DNA of 64,000 bases from assembly GCF_052425735.1 (NCBI RefSeq), contig NC_135771.1, positions 4,092,001 to 4,156,000 of the forward strand, read 5' to 3'. The stretch comes from Oculina patagonica (taxonomy: Eukaryota). The position numbers and the translations under genes were made by a program. This document shows, in pieces, positions 1 to 25,600 of this stretch. The notes beneath the pieces are model-generated. The model ran no database searches. It was not told the DNA's origin and was given only the letters and a program-made list of their open reading frames with translations. Position 1 is the first letter of the stretch. Each line of letters starts with the position of its first letter.

Positions 1-144
1 TAAAGTACCATAAAATTTACAATCCATTGACAAAATACCGCACCAGTCATTGGCGCTTTGTAATTAATTCAAAAACTTGTAGAGTCTAAGAAACTCCTTA
101 ACAACTTATATAATTCACTTGATGTCTTCAAAACCTGCATTTAA

Positions 145-496
145 GAGGCTAGGTCACGCTATTTTAGGTAATTCTATTTATTTTCGTTCATCAAGATCTC
201 TAAATTTGAAATTGGCAGAGCAAAAGTCTTTTATTGGCAAAATCACGGCAACATAACAAACAAGGATGCACTGTAAATGACAAATTGAGATAAAGTTAAA
301 AAATGTCGGGCCGACGTTTTTCAAGTTAACCCAAACGCATTCCTTTTTAATCTTCTCAAATTGCCCATCCATGCCCCTTTTTGGCTTGTTTCGTTTGAGT
401 TCTTTTACAGTTTTAAGCCGTTATTGTGACATTTCAGTTAATTCTATGACCAGTTGGTTAGAGCCGAAATTGCCTAAAATTGCGTGACATAGCCCC
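145..496. mobile_element. Non-autonomous TIR element (MITE), TTAA-flanked, Kolobok-like
   Basis: Left end ttaa|gaggctaggtcacgctattttaggtaatt pairs with right end aattgcctaaaattgcgtgacatagcccc|ttta. Confidence 0.55.
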
Positions 497-615
497 TTTA
501 GGGGGGTCTATTTTCTGTCTGTGAGTTCTTTAAAAAGTATGTATCTCTTCTCCCACCTCTCCCCTCCTAACAAAATTACGCTCAGGCAACTTTGAAACGT
601 GCAGCCCCTCTCCTG

Positions 616-13587
<12,972 letters not shown>

Positions 13588-14285
13588 TTGCAAGCTAAAT
13601 TAAACAGAAAAGATCACATTACTAACCACAAAAAATTTGCACCGCGAAGCAAGAAAATTGAGCGACCCAAGCTAAATTTTAAGTTACATCATAATCTTGT
13701 GTCGAGAAATTAGTAACAATAAAAGTTTTCTATAGCTATAAATCCCATTTGATATGATAGAATTAGAAATAGGAAGGTAATGGAGATCAAGAAGTAAAAA
13801 GTAACTGTCAAAACAAACCCTGAAATTTTTGCTGAAAAGGATAAGTTCTTCCACATCCGCCATCATCCCGCGAAGTTTTCAAACACGCAAGGTAGCCGCT
13901 CGTTTATCCGAAGATATCCGGAAATTTTGCGAAATATTCCGAATAGCTCCGATTAGTTCCGAGAATAAACTGAGTAAAATTCCAAAATTATATCATGTGT
14001 TCCTGACAAAAAATTATTTGTCAATATGGAATTTTTAAGGAAGAAGGAAGCAAAGGGAAAACGATTAGAAAATACGTAAAATTAGGTACATGTCAAGAAA
14101 ACAATTTTGTTCTTCACATTTTCAAAACTTTTTATTTTATTTCGAGAAAATTATCTTCAAAATTTTAGAGAATTCAGACAATCACCTTATTAGTGATAAA
14201 TAGAGTGCAATTCTAGTCTTTGAAAAGAAAGAGGTTCAGTTTATCCTTTTGAAATTTAAAAAGCAAAGGAACTCAAAAAAGAGAA

Positions 14286-14875
<590 letters not shown>

Positions 14876-14902
14876 GTGGATTGCATCTCTCACAAAACAA
14901 AC

Positions 14903-14918
14903 GGCTCCTTTAGGAGCC
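14903..14918 (+). terminator. Histone 3' stem-loop (H3)
   Basis: GGCTCC-TTTA-GGAGCC in A/C-rich flanks. Confidence 0.95.
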
Positions 14919-16357
14919 AACACATTAATAAAAGCAATGACCAACATATGAAAGTATCGATTTCCCTGTTCACCCCATCGCTTCCATCATAAACGGCTTC
15001 GTTCATGGCGCCAAATTCGTTGGCGGTAAAGTCAGTGTTTGGCGCCAATTTTATTGGCCGTGAATCAAACACAAACCCCCAAGAAGCATTTTACCTTGTG
15101 TCTTGACTTACCGATCTATAATTTATATTGTAAGAAAAATTAATATCATAAAAAAAGTTTGCTAAACGAAAGCACAATCAATAAAAATGAATATTATATC
15201 GTAAGTTTGCTAAACGAAAGCACACAACGTATGATGTTTGGCAGCGCTATAAAGTTCAGAGCTTTCACTTCCAACAGTTTCCCCAGTCTAATCAAATTTT
15301 AAGTCTGGTTTGACCTGAAACTCTCCTGCAACGTTCCTTCTCTTTTCTCTCAAAAGTTTGTCATTCGGAATCGACCGTCACCCACAAAATCCACAGTTAT
15401 AATAACAGACAGAATACCTGGCCACTTTGCATCGGCCTGTGAAAAATTTTATTTATCATACAATAGCAATAATAAAGCAAAGTTTTACCCTTCAGCGTGA
15501 AAGAAAATATACTACACGTACACTGTTAGTGATGAAGGGTTTATTGAAAAAGCAGAGATACCCTTTTAGTTTGGAAATAGGTTTTTACGACCAGGTCCTG
15601 TCCCAAATGGAAACGTCTTCTGACATCTGCGCGTGGTGAAGCTTCGTGTCATATCGATGTGGCAGTAAAATGGATAAAAAAGTATTCTTTGTTCAAAGTC
15701 AAAGACATTTTATTCCTCTGTTATTTTCTTTGCCAATTTTTATTCAATAGAAGAGTAAGAATTCTGCGGAAAGAAATAAAGCTGATGAACACGGCACGGA
15801 AATTTACTGCGTTGCGGCGAACGTGCACGGCTTTGAAGCTTGAACAATAGCGCCCGCCATTGGGAGACTGTCTTTGTTACTCGAAGAAAAATTATTTTTT
15901 CTCAGCCAGGTTTCAAACTTATTCCAGCTTAAGCAGCAAAATAAATTCTTAGATAGATTATCTTCCACGTGATTGAGAATGCGCGCGATATGTATGGAAC
16001 GTTTTCAAGAAATTTTGCCCTAAACACGAGACTCGGACATTTTTGGACGAATGTTGCAAAAGTAAAACCAAAATATTACTTCTTTTAGGAAGTTTTAGGG
16101 TAATAAAGTCGCAACACTGCATTCAGCAATAAATTCTGTTTTTGAAAATATTAGTTTTAAGCAAATAGGCAACTTTGGAGCTGCTAAAATTGTGTTTAAA
16201 TTCAACCAACAAGCACAAAATGTCGTAACATTGTCGGGGGTGTTCATTTCGTTGTTGTTTCCTCAGCGGTCCGCATCATTCTGATAAGTGATTCTACACG
16301 GGCGGAAGAAACCATTTCCAGTTTCGTTTTTTGGTATCCAGTTAATTCCAGTGAATT

Positions 16358-16902
16358 ATGTCAGCTTCACCTTCCAAAGCTCCCGCCAAGAAGCCAAGAC
16401 GGCACCCAAGCAGCCAGCCGATCATCCAAAGTACATCGACATGATCAAGGCTGCCATTCTCGCGTTGAAAGAAAGAAACGGTTCTTCCCGCCAAGCCATC
16501 GCGAAATACATCAAAGCCAACTACAAAGTTGGTGAGGGCGTCGGTACGCACTTGAAGTTGGCCTTGAAGAGAGGTGTGGTTGCTGGAGTTCTTATTCAGC
16601 CAAAGGGAACTGGCGCTTCAGGGTCCTTTAAGGTCAACAAAGAGTTGAAAGAAGTTAAGCCAAAGAAGCCGGCGAAGAAACCAGCAGCGAAAAAGCCCGC
16701 CGCCAAGAAACCCAAGAAGACAGCTGCAAAGAAACCCGCAGCCAAGAAAGTGGCGGCGAAAAAGCCAGCAGCTAAGAAGGCAACAAAGAAACCTGCTGCC
16801 AAAAAGCCAGCCAAGCCCGCGGCCAAAAAACCGGCTGCAAAGAAACCTGCTGCAAAGAAAACAGCCGCCAAGAAAGCTGCAAAGAAACCCGCAAAGAAGT
16901 AA
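16358..16902 (+). CDS. H1: Linker histone H1 with an apparent 1-nt frameshift near 16394 (disrupted gene or assembly error)
   Basis: ATG 16358 reads [12 protein letters not shown]. The globular domain ([23 protein letters not shown]) and K/A/P-rich tail are in another frame ending at TAA 16902. A stem-loop follows. Confidence 0.92.
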
Positions 16903-16929
16903 ACAGCTTCTGTGGCCATAACAACAAAC

Positions 16930-16945
16930 GGCTCCTTTAGGAGCC
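16930..16945 (+). terminator. Histone 3' stem-loop (H1)
   Basis: GGCTCCTTTAGGAGCC, identical to the H3 and H4 loops. Confidence 0.95.
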
Positions 16946-17593
16946 ACCAAATATCAATAAAGCAATGATCAACATGTTTTTTTAGGCTTATCTGGGCCTT
17001 AATCAGATGATCTACAACTATACTTATGCCTTAATGTCCCTTAAACAAATACATGCCTCTTTCCTAGGCTCCACTTCTCTTTATTAGCAATTTTTAATAC
17101 TTGATACTTTTGTTGTCAAAATTACTTATATTAAACAATTGAAACAATTCTTTCAAGAAGATTGGTATGTTTATTTCCAGATTTACATGAAACTTTCTTT
17201 CTGAGACTAGTCTCAATTAAAATAAACAGCACTTGAAAGCTTCAACTTTTTCACAGAAGTACCTACATCGCAGTACAACCACATACAACACAAGTATGAC
17301 GAGTATACAACTGCCTTTTTCTGCGGCAATCACATAAACCCTGTAAGGAAATGTAACAGACTCACACTTGAGCATGGCATGAAAACAACATAATGTTTAC
17401 TATTTATAAAAAAAATCCGGAAATTTTGGTTGGGCATTATGTGTTCCATTTGAAGTTTTAGAACCTGCTGTTTCAGTTGAACCATGAAATTTGACATGGC
17501 CATAAATTCTGAAAGGCCTGGAAATGGTACAAAAGATGGAATGGACACAAATTTCCATTTGGAATACTCTACTGGGAAAACAAGACTACCTAC

Positions 17594-17940
17594 TAAGGAT
17601 GGGCGATCGATACAGGTTTTCACGAACGATACCGACGAATCGAATATGACGTATGTCAATCTCGAACAGGACCCTGCATGTTAGCCAAGATGTTTTTTGT
17701 CTTCACTGTTGCATCAGCAATGTGGAGTCAAGTCAAGGCAAGAAAAATCAAATTTGAAAAAACAACAATATTTGTTTGAGCAAAATTGCATTTTTAACCT
17801 TAGGTGCTGACCAGACGACCGCAGGCTCAGGTCACGTGTGCAGTATCAAAAACGTATCGAAAGTGCGATATTTCGAAAGAATCAATACTTTTCAAATGTC
17901 ATCGGGTATCGAATGGGTATCGAGTATCGGCCCATCCTTA
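17594..17940. mobile_element. hAT MITE nested in an older MITE (~17390-18055)
   Basis: TIR taaggatgggc / gcccatcctta with a perfect 8-bp TSD ctacctac. Confidence 0.88.
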
Positions 17941-18795
17941 CTACCTACCCTTTTCAGAAGTTCTGTTCCTCCTGGAATTTTTTTAGTAGGATGAACAAAA
18001 AATTGTTCCATTTACGGTACATCCCAACCAGAATTTTTTGGTAAATGTTAACAGCAAATATATTCACATTTTCCCTTTAGAATAATTTTCTACTGAAGTT
18101 ACCTGATCCCAAAAAATTCAAGACTTTTAATTTTAAATTTGAAGCAAACGCAAGAATTATTCTATGTTACAGTATGTTTTCGACACTACTAAAATAAAAG
18201 GGGCTTGAGAGCTATTTAAATGTAAACTAACTTGAAATGAATCAACCTAGAAACTTTTAGCAAATTTTTAGCAATGATGTTTGGATAATGTGAAAAACAA
18301 GACTTTCTGTCACTCCCAAAATTGTGCCCTGAAGCAAAAGGCTTTATTTCATTTTATACTAAGTAAGAGGTACGTTGAATTTAAAAGAGAAACACCATTA
18401 ATAACAAGTGCCACGTACAGTGGCAGTTAAATATACTGGTACCGTAATTAATAAATTCTAAGAAACTATTCCCACACCTTTTTTATTTAACAAGACCAAT
18501 AAAAAAATGGAAAAATTTACAACAGAGGTTATTTCTTTTTGCATAAATAATATAATTTCTACATTTGCCGTAACCCCTTTACAAACAATTGACTGTGGCC
18601 ATTTATGTCCAGCATTAGTTTTTCTCTTCAAATCTTTGCTTAGTGCAAAATTTTGTTATTAAATTGATATAATATTCCATTGCAATAGCAGTTTGCATGG
18701 CTGCAAACAACCAAACTGATGATTTTGGGATAGAGATAATAGGTATTTTTGTTGTACAGTGAACCACTCCCCTCCTAGGGAGAACTCTAATGTAA

Positions 18796-19008
18796 GGGAC
18801 AAACCATTATTTTCTTGGATGGGGGGGGGGGGGATGAAAAAATTTCCTCTGCAAACTTTTTTTAGTTTATGCACCCGCAAACATTTTCGAAATTCTAACT
18901 ATTTTTTGTTATACATATCGTTTTCAAACAATTTATTTTGTCCTAGGCCGGCAAACTTTTTTTCAATATTTTTCATCCCCCCCCTCCAAAATAATAATGG
19001 TCCGTCCC
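18796..19008. mobile_element. PIF/Harbinger-type MITE
   Basis: taa|gggac..ccatt ... aatggtccgtccc|taa (3-bp TWA TSD). Same family as 36332-36553 and ~50860-51289. Confidence 0.8.
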
Positions 19009-19693
19009 TAAAAGGGGTGGGGATGCCCATCGTCTTTCTACAGGTGCAAAAGGTGGAGATCAGCCTTCTTGGAGTGTTCAGAACAGAATGCAAAAATTAA
19101 TGTTCCTCCTATCAAGGCATTTTACTATTTTTACAGGATTGCATGCATGAAGAAGTAAAAAAAGCTGTTACTGCATTGAGGTTCAGATGTTCTGACATAA
19201 AAATGTGAAACTTTTTTTTATAGATGAAAGCATTAGATGGCAACGTTTACTGTCATTAAAGTCACCATAGCTCTATTTTTGTGTCTGTTTTAGAATGGTA
19301 TCTTTTAGGGGTCAAATTAATTAAGCTCTAGTCAGCTCCAGATTGGTCTTCCTTAAAGTTCAATTCAAATAATCTGATGAGCATCCTCACCCCTTGATCT
19401 GGTCTCCTTCTCCCCCTTCAAGGGGTGTGGTGGTATTGATTTTGATTCTAGAACTTACTGCAAAGTACTTTTTAAATGGCAATTATTGGGATAATCTGTT
19501 TTCATCGAAAAATGCAAATTTTTCTTAGTTAGTGATTACTTCTGATCATTAATTCGCATAACCTGTTTTCAGGATTACATTTTGATATATTTATGAGAAA
19601 TTAGATGTCGATCTCTCTAGAATTATTAGCATTTTATTCAACACGTGACTGTTGGTGGAACCGACATTGAGTTCTGCTGTCCTTGATGCTTTA

Positions 19694-22600
19694 CTAGCCA
19701 AATACACTCTCAGCAGCTTGCTTGATGACCTGGGCTCCACGTTTGATTTCTTCAGTTGACAGTTGAATATTTAGTGTCACCCTTATGCTGTAAAACAAAA
19801 ACAGTCAGAACTATCAGGGCCGGGTTTAGACTTGCCACAAGTCGACCTCACGAGTTTTAACAGTAAATAAGGAAGCGAAGCGAGCCTTTTATCGAGGGTT
19901 CAATTTCTCTTGTATAAAAGTTTTTTTTACTGCTTATTTTTGTGTGGAGTTTGAGATTAGTCGACTTCAAAACTGGACGGCAGAGAATATTAACAGAAAA
20001 ACTTCACTGAACGTTGAAAAACTGATATCAAAATTCATGCTAATCCTGGATTAGCTTAATCGTGGTTTGAACAACCCGGCCCAGAACATTAAAACATGGT
20101 TAAAATGCCAGACTCGCCAGACTCTCCATTGGGCCAATTTTAAACATGAGGAATTTCTCACGTACGACAGGCCTACGAAATGACATGACTTAGGCAAATA
20201 AATCTGTTGTAAGGATGTGATAGGTTGAAAAACACAATGTGATTCGTGTTGTAGTCATGGCATAAGTGTTTCACATGTGATAAAGGTAGGCAATATCATA
20301 GCTTCTAATTTGCCCCATACAGAAGGTAGGTTTCAAGTGTGGGCAAGAACTTTGTGTTGTTTTCTTGGAAAGACAATACTAAAATACCAACTGCGCTCTT
20401 TTCACCCAGGAGTATAAATGGGTTTAGGGGGAGTACGAATTCTGCCAATTCTGCCTCTGCAAATGGACACCTTTTGTAAGCCAACACTTAGACTTGATCC
20501 CAGCCACATACAGACACTACATTTTTAACCTCATTTAGTGGGCATGTCCTAAGAGGACTCTTTGTCACATCTCAACATGTCTGCATGAGGGAGTTGAGTA
20601 GCTTTTTCAGTGCCTGATGATACATTGTGTTTGAAAATGCAATTTCCTTGGTACTGATTAGCTTTCATTTGGTGGATAAAGAATGTAAAAGAGAAAAGGA
20701 ATGCAAACTAAATAGTGCTAATGGTGTCTTGGAATTTTACCTTGGGGGTGGTAGAAACTTCTCCTCATTTTTGAGATATCTTGCAATAGTAAGGGCAACA
20801 CCATTCCTCAAAGCCTAAAATTAATGAATAGAAAAGAAGTTTAAAATATCAACAGCACTACAGATTGGTAATCAGCCTTGGGAGAATTTGCTCTTTTAAA
20901 AATCAAGGAGTTATTTTTAAATGACCAGGTCCATTAGTCTCACAACATTTCGTTTTGATTTGGTGATATAACGAAATAATCACATCTAAGGTTAAAAGGG
21001 GATAAGACACAACTTACATAAGCAACGACTTGCTTTAATTTCTCTTCATCCTCTTCGTAAGTCTCATAAGGTTCCAGAAGTCTCAAGTGTAGAATTGGAG
21101 ATTCCTCTGATCCTTCGCACAAAAGTCCTTTTAGCCTAAGAATTGTAAAGAGCAATGCTTGATTAAATTCAGTTTTGCTATTCAGTACTGTCCTTGTATG
21201 GTTTAAACCCAGCTGCCAGTGCAAGAAGAAAGGAAAGGTCAGCCGCGAGCCAAGCTGCCCATACTGCCGGAGCTTATCCCAGTTTCGGTAGCATTAAGCG
21301 GGTAGGAATATTTCTATTCCTCCCTGGATGGGATGCAAGTCCATTTCAAGGTTACCCCCAGCATTATTTCACGGGTACCCATTTATACACCTGGGTGGAG
21401 AGAGGTACTGTGAGAGTAAAGTGTATTGCCCAAGAACATAACACAGTGACCCCAGACAGGGCTCCAACCCAGAACGTTCGATCCGGAGCCCAGTGGGCTA
21501 ACTATTATGCCACTGCACCTTCCTGTCAGTGCAAGGAGTCGCATAATTAACTTTTGATTTTTCAATATTTATCTGGAAATCTCCAGGCATAGACCTGGTT
21601 TTATGCAGTAAGAGAATGATGTTCTGTATTACGTACCCTTCCAGTTCTGCATATAACAGTTTGGCTTTCTCTTTAAGCTCCTCAAACATTTCTAAATGAA
21701 AAGTTGAAAAAGTGTTAGTTTTGTTTGTTTGTATGGCAAGCCAGTAACTTGCACATAAAAAAACCTTTTTACTTTCATGACAAACCTGGCTTCTGTTCAA
21801 TGATATTTAATCCCTCAATCGCCGCTGAAGCCAACATGGGAGGTAGTGATGCTGAGAAACAGTAGCCTGCACCTGAAAGTCTCTGTAACAAACATACAAA
21901 TAAGAAAAAATTATTTAAATATTAAGAGTAATAATATTATTTCATGTGACGCAGAGAGTTTCACGTAACTAATACAATATTATTTAGTTAAACTGCTCAC
22001 AGATCCAAGCTCTACTGAAAGTTGCTATTCACTCCATACAATTTCTTGGTTGCAAATTTTCTGTTTATTTATTACTGTATTTATTGATTAGCGCCTGGGG
22101 TTTTTTTTTTTTTGTGTTTTTTTATTTTTTTTTTTTTTGAAAAAAAAATAAATAAAATTTTTTTTTTTTATATATGAAACACTCAACACTCAACACCTTA
22201 ATTTTCTGGCCAAGCTCACAGCAAATTTTGTAACACGTTGAGAGAACAAGTTGTCAAATCTCTCTTGTAAAAAGACTTAATGGATAACAGCATAGTGTTA
22301 CCCATATGACTGACTGACTGTCCATCTGTCTGTCTGTCTGACTGTCCATCTGTCTTTGTCTATCTGTCTGTCTGTCTGTCTGTCTGACTAACTGTCTGAC
22401 TAACTGACTGACTGCCTGACTGACTGACTGACTGACTGACCAACTGACTGACTGACTGACTGACCGACCGACTGACTGGCTGACTGACCAACTGACTGGC
22501 TGATTGACCAACTGACTGACTGACTGACTGACCAACTGACTGACTGACTGGCTGAAGGACTGACTGTCTGTCTACTGTCTGTCTTTCTGTCTGACTGACT

Positions 22601-25600
22601 GACTGGCTGTCTGTCTGACTGAATGACTGACTGTCCGTCTGACTAAATGATTGACTGACTGACTGACCTGATGATCAACAACAAATGATGTCCCACAACA
22701 GAATCCACCAATAGTTGCTAATGAGTTCTCCATGGAAACAGATATTAAGTCAACTTCTTTTATCTGGCGAGAAGAAAACAAGACAAATTACTTTTTTTCC
22801 TTTATTGGAAGTCTACCCTTTGTACATCAGATACTAATGGTCAAAAAACAATCTTGTGATCTGAGAATTGAAGAGATCACAATGGCTTAAATGTGCATTA
22901 CCACTGCAGTTGTAGACTAAAATTAATTCTGAGAACTGAAAGGTATCAAATTGACAAACTCACCGGGACATCAAAGTGTTCAGTTAGTCCTCTCCCAGTT
23001 TGTCCAAGAACTCCAAATGATGCACTCTCATCAATGACGAGTCGCACTTTGTACTTGTACTTCAGTTCAATCTGAAAAAAAAATTGTTAAGTATAGTGTC
23101 TTCATTTACAATTTAAGAAAGTGACAAAACAATTTAATTTAAATAATAAAGATGGTAGATTTTAATCATTTCACTTACTATTTTTGGAAGTGGTGCAATG
23201 TCACCATAATTGACATAAATTCCTTCTAGAACTAAAAATCTTCTAGTCACGCTAGCTTTCTTGGGATTCTGTGATTGAAAAAAAAAAACATTCAAAACAT
23301 TAGGCTGTGTCATTATTTTCGTCTAAAAGAACCAAAACTTACAGTAATAAAGCAAAGCAGCAAACAAGAAAGGGAGTAAGAAAGAAAAATAAAGAAACAA
23401 TCTTGTCTCACCTTGTCATCTTTCTCTTTTTGTTCACGTAAAAGCCTTTCCAGGTCATCCATGTCATTGTGTTCAAACCACATAATACGACTCCTTGAGG
23501 CTACAAGGCCTTTTTGAATTGCAAAAGAAACTCCTTTATCACTAGGGGAAAAAAATTGAAAATTGTTACAAATAATTCAATTGATGCTATAAGTTTTCTA
23601 ATGCATTTCCACCATACTGATTATTATCATTGTTAATAAGTACTTCATAATCCAGCCACTCTGGCTGTTATGAGTTCACCTAGAATGCCTGCTTGTCTGA
23701 TTCACCCATGTTTTTCACCCATGTCTGAATTCTTCTGGTGTTTTTAAGAGAAATAAGTCGTTAACAAACAACATAACATGGCAGACAGCCAACACCAGAA
23801 TAAACTTCGGAAACCCTTGGAAACTTGTGAATAAATTTCCAAGGGTAAATGAGAGAATCATTTCTTAATTTTTAAACAGTTAGCCCAACAACTCACTAAC
23901 TGACAGTGACCAACAACTTTTCTTAATGCCAGCTGATTCCTCTTTCAACCAAAAAGTTAACATATAAAATGTAATTTATTGACTTTTCATGTAATATCTC
24001 ACCAGAAAATAACATCCCCTCTCTTGGAGTATGCAGGAATTACACTTGCTATTGTAGAAAATCCATAGGAATAAAGGATGGCCTCTTCAGTTCTCATGAA
24101 TTTGGCTAATCTTTCCTCTAACTCTAAATGTACATCTGCAAATATATATACAAAACATGTGTCAGTTATTTCAGGGAGTGACATAATTTCATGTATTAGT
24201 AGTTTACTTTTTCACTAGTCTAATTTATTAATTATTGGTTTATATATCTCTCTTCTCATTTTCTTTCTTTTTCCAGTTGTACAGTTGTGCATAAATCTTG
24301 TTTTTTATCAAAAATTTAACCATTGGCCCTGCTTTGTAACTAGTTGCGGGGACAAGCAATCTTGTAAATTGAATATAAAAAACAATTAAAAACGTTAGTT
24401 CAGTTCAGTTCAGCTCAGTACCTAATTCTTCCCCACCTCAAGAAAGGTCTAATATTCAACCCAAAAATATCCTTATTCATGCTATAGCTCTAAGAAAATC
24501 TATTGTTGCTCAGTTTTGAAGTTGGGAATGCAACTAACAACAAATCTGAACCAAAAAGCACTTTTTTTAGCTACCTACCTATTGTACCATAAAAGCCACG
24601 AGGTCCACATGAACCTACACCATAACGATGAAGACTTTTGATGGCTGTATCCTAGAAAAAAATAATATTGTTCATAAACAAAAAAGGTTATCAGCAATAA
24701 TTTGATGCTGTCATTCTATCATTGTTGGCCTGACAACCTCATCAATTGCACTCCATTCAGTCCTATACTTAACTTCATTGCCTGTTATTGCACAGTTTAT
24801 AATGAGTGATATTATTATTTTAAAAATACAGGATTACCCAGGGTTGGAAATTAGCGCTCGCCCACTCGCCCAGGCGAGTGTAAAAACTGTCGGGTGAGTA
24901 CAAATCATGGATCACTCACCCGATTTGGCGAGTACGATTTTCATTTTTCAACTTATACTTTACTTGTAAACTACAGGGATTTGGGAAGACATATCAAATT
25001 AAAAACTGCGTTTCACCTTTTGAAGTAAGCGTGCTCTTGTTTTTATTGTGGAGTAAGGTCTATTTTTTAGCGATTTTAATTTTCATTGAGTGATTGTGAG
25101 TATCAAAGTGATTCGTGGGGGGAGGGGGGGGGGCTAAATTTTCCTTTTCTTTTAAAATGGTGGAGACTGGGCGAGTGAAAACTAATCTGGGTGAGTGCAA
25201 TTCGAAGGTCACTCGCCCAGATGGCTAGTGCTCCGAAATTTTAGTTTCTAACCCTAATTACCTCTATTTTCTCATTCCCTACAAAGCCAAGAAAGTTGAA
25301 TGTAGCAAAATTCAAACACTCCTTGTCATCTATTTTCAATATATGTGTTGGCTTCCTGAAAGAAACAGATATAGTGGAGTAATGTAGCATTCATACTTGT
25401 AGAAAAAGATGGCAGCTTGTACAAAAAGCAAGAATGTATTGTTTCAAGAAACATCCATACCCACCACAAGAAAGGTCATTGGGAATTGTGAGGGGAAAAG
25501 ATTGCAAAAGTTAAAGTTTTTAAAGGAAAGTATTAAACTAAACTGAAAATTAATTCCAGAGGGATATTAAAGGGAGAGGTCAAACTAGAAAAAACTTCAA

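Noticed and set aside
14950-16250. snRNA, 5S, tRNA or H2A/H2B genes between H3 and H1
   Set aside because: No U1, U2, U7, 5S or histone signature was recognised by eye; an Infernal scan would be needed to exclude them fully.
16288-16357. ORF-track N-terminus of H1 ([10 protein letters not shown]...)
   Set aside because: It starts at a GTG overlapping the promoter and is not H1-like; the real ATG is 16358 in another frame.
16596-16950. Hydrophobic antisense ORFs over H1, and similar antisense ORFs over H3 and H4
   Set aside because: Shadows of the sense-strand codons.
19370-19430. Hammerhead ribozyme core (CTGATGA)
   Set aside because: No stem II or GAAA follows; it appears to be part of a degenerate MITE end.
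22254-22535. SQSV-repeat ORF
   Set aside because: Translation of the microsatellite.
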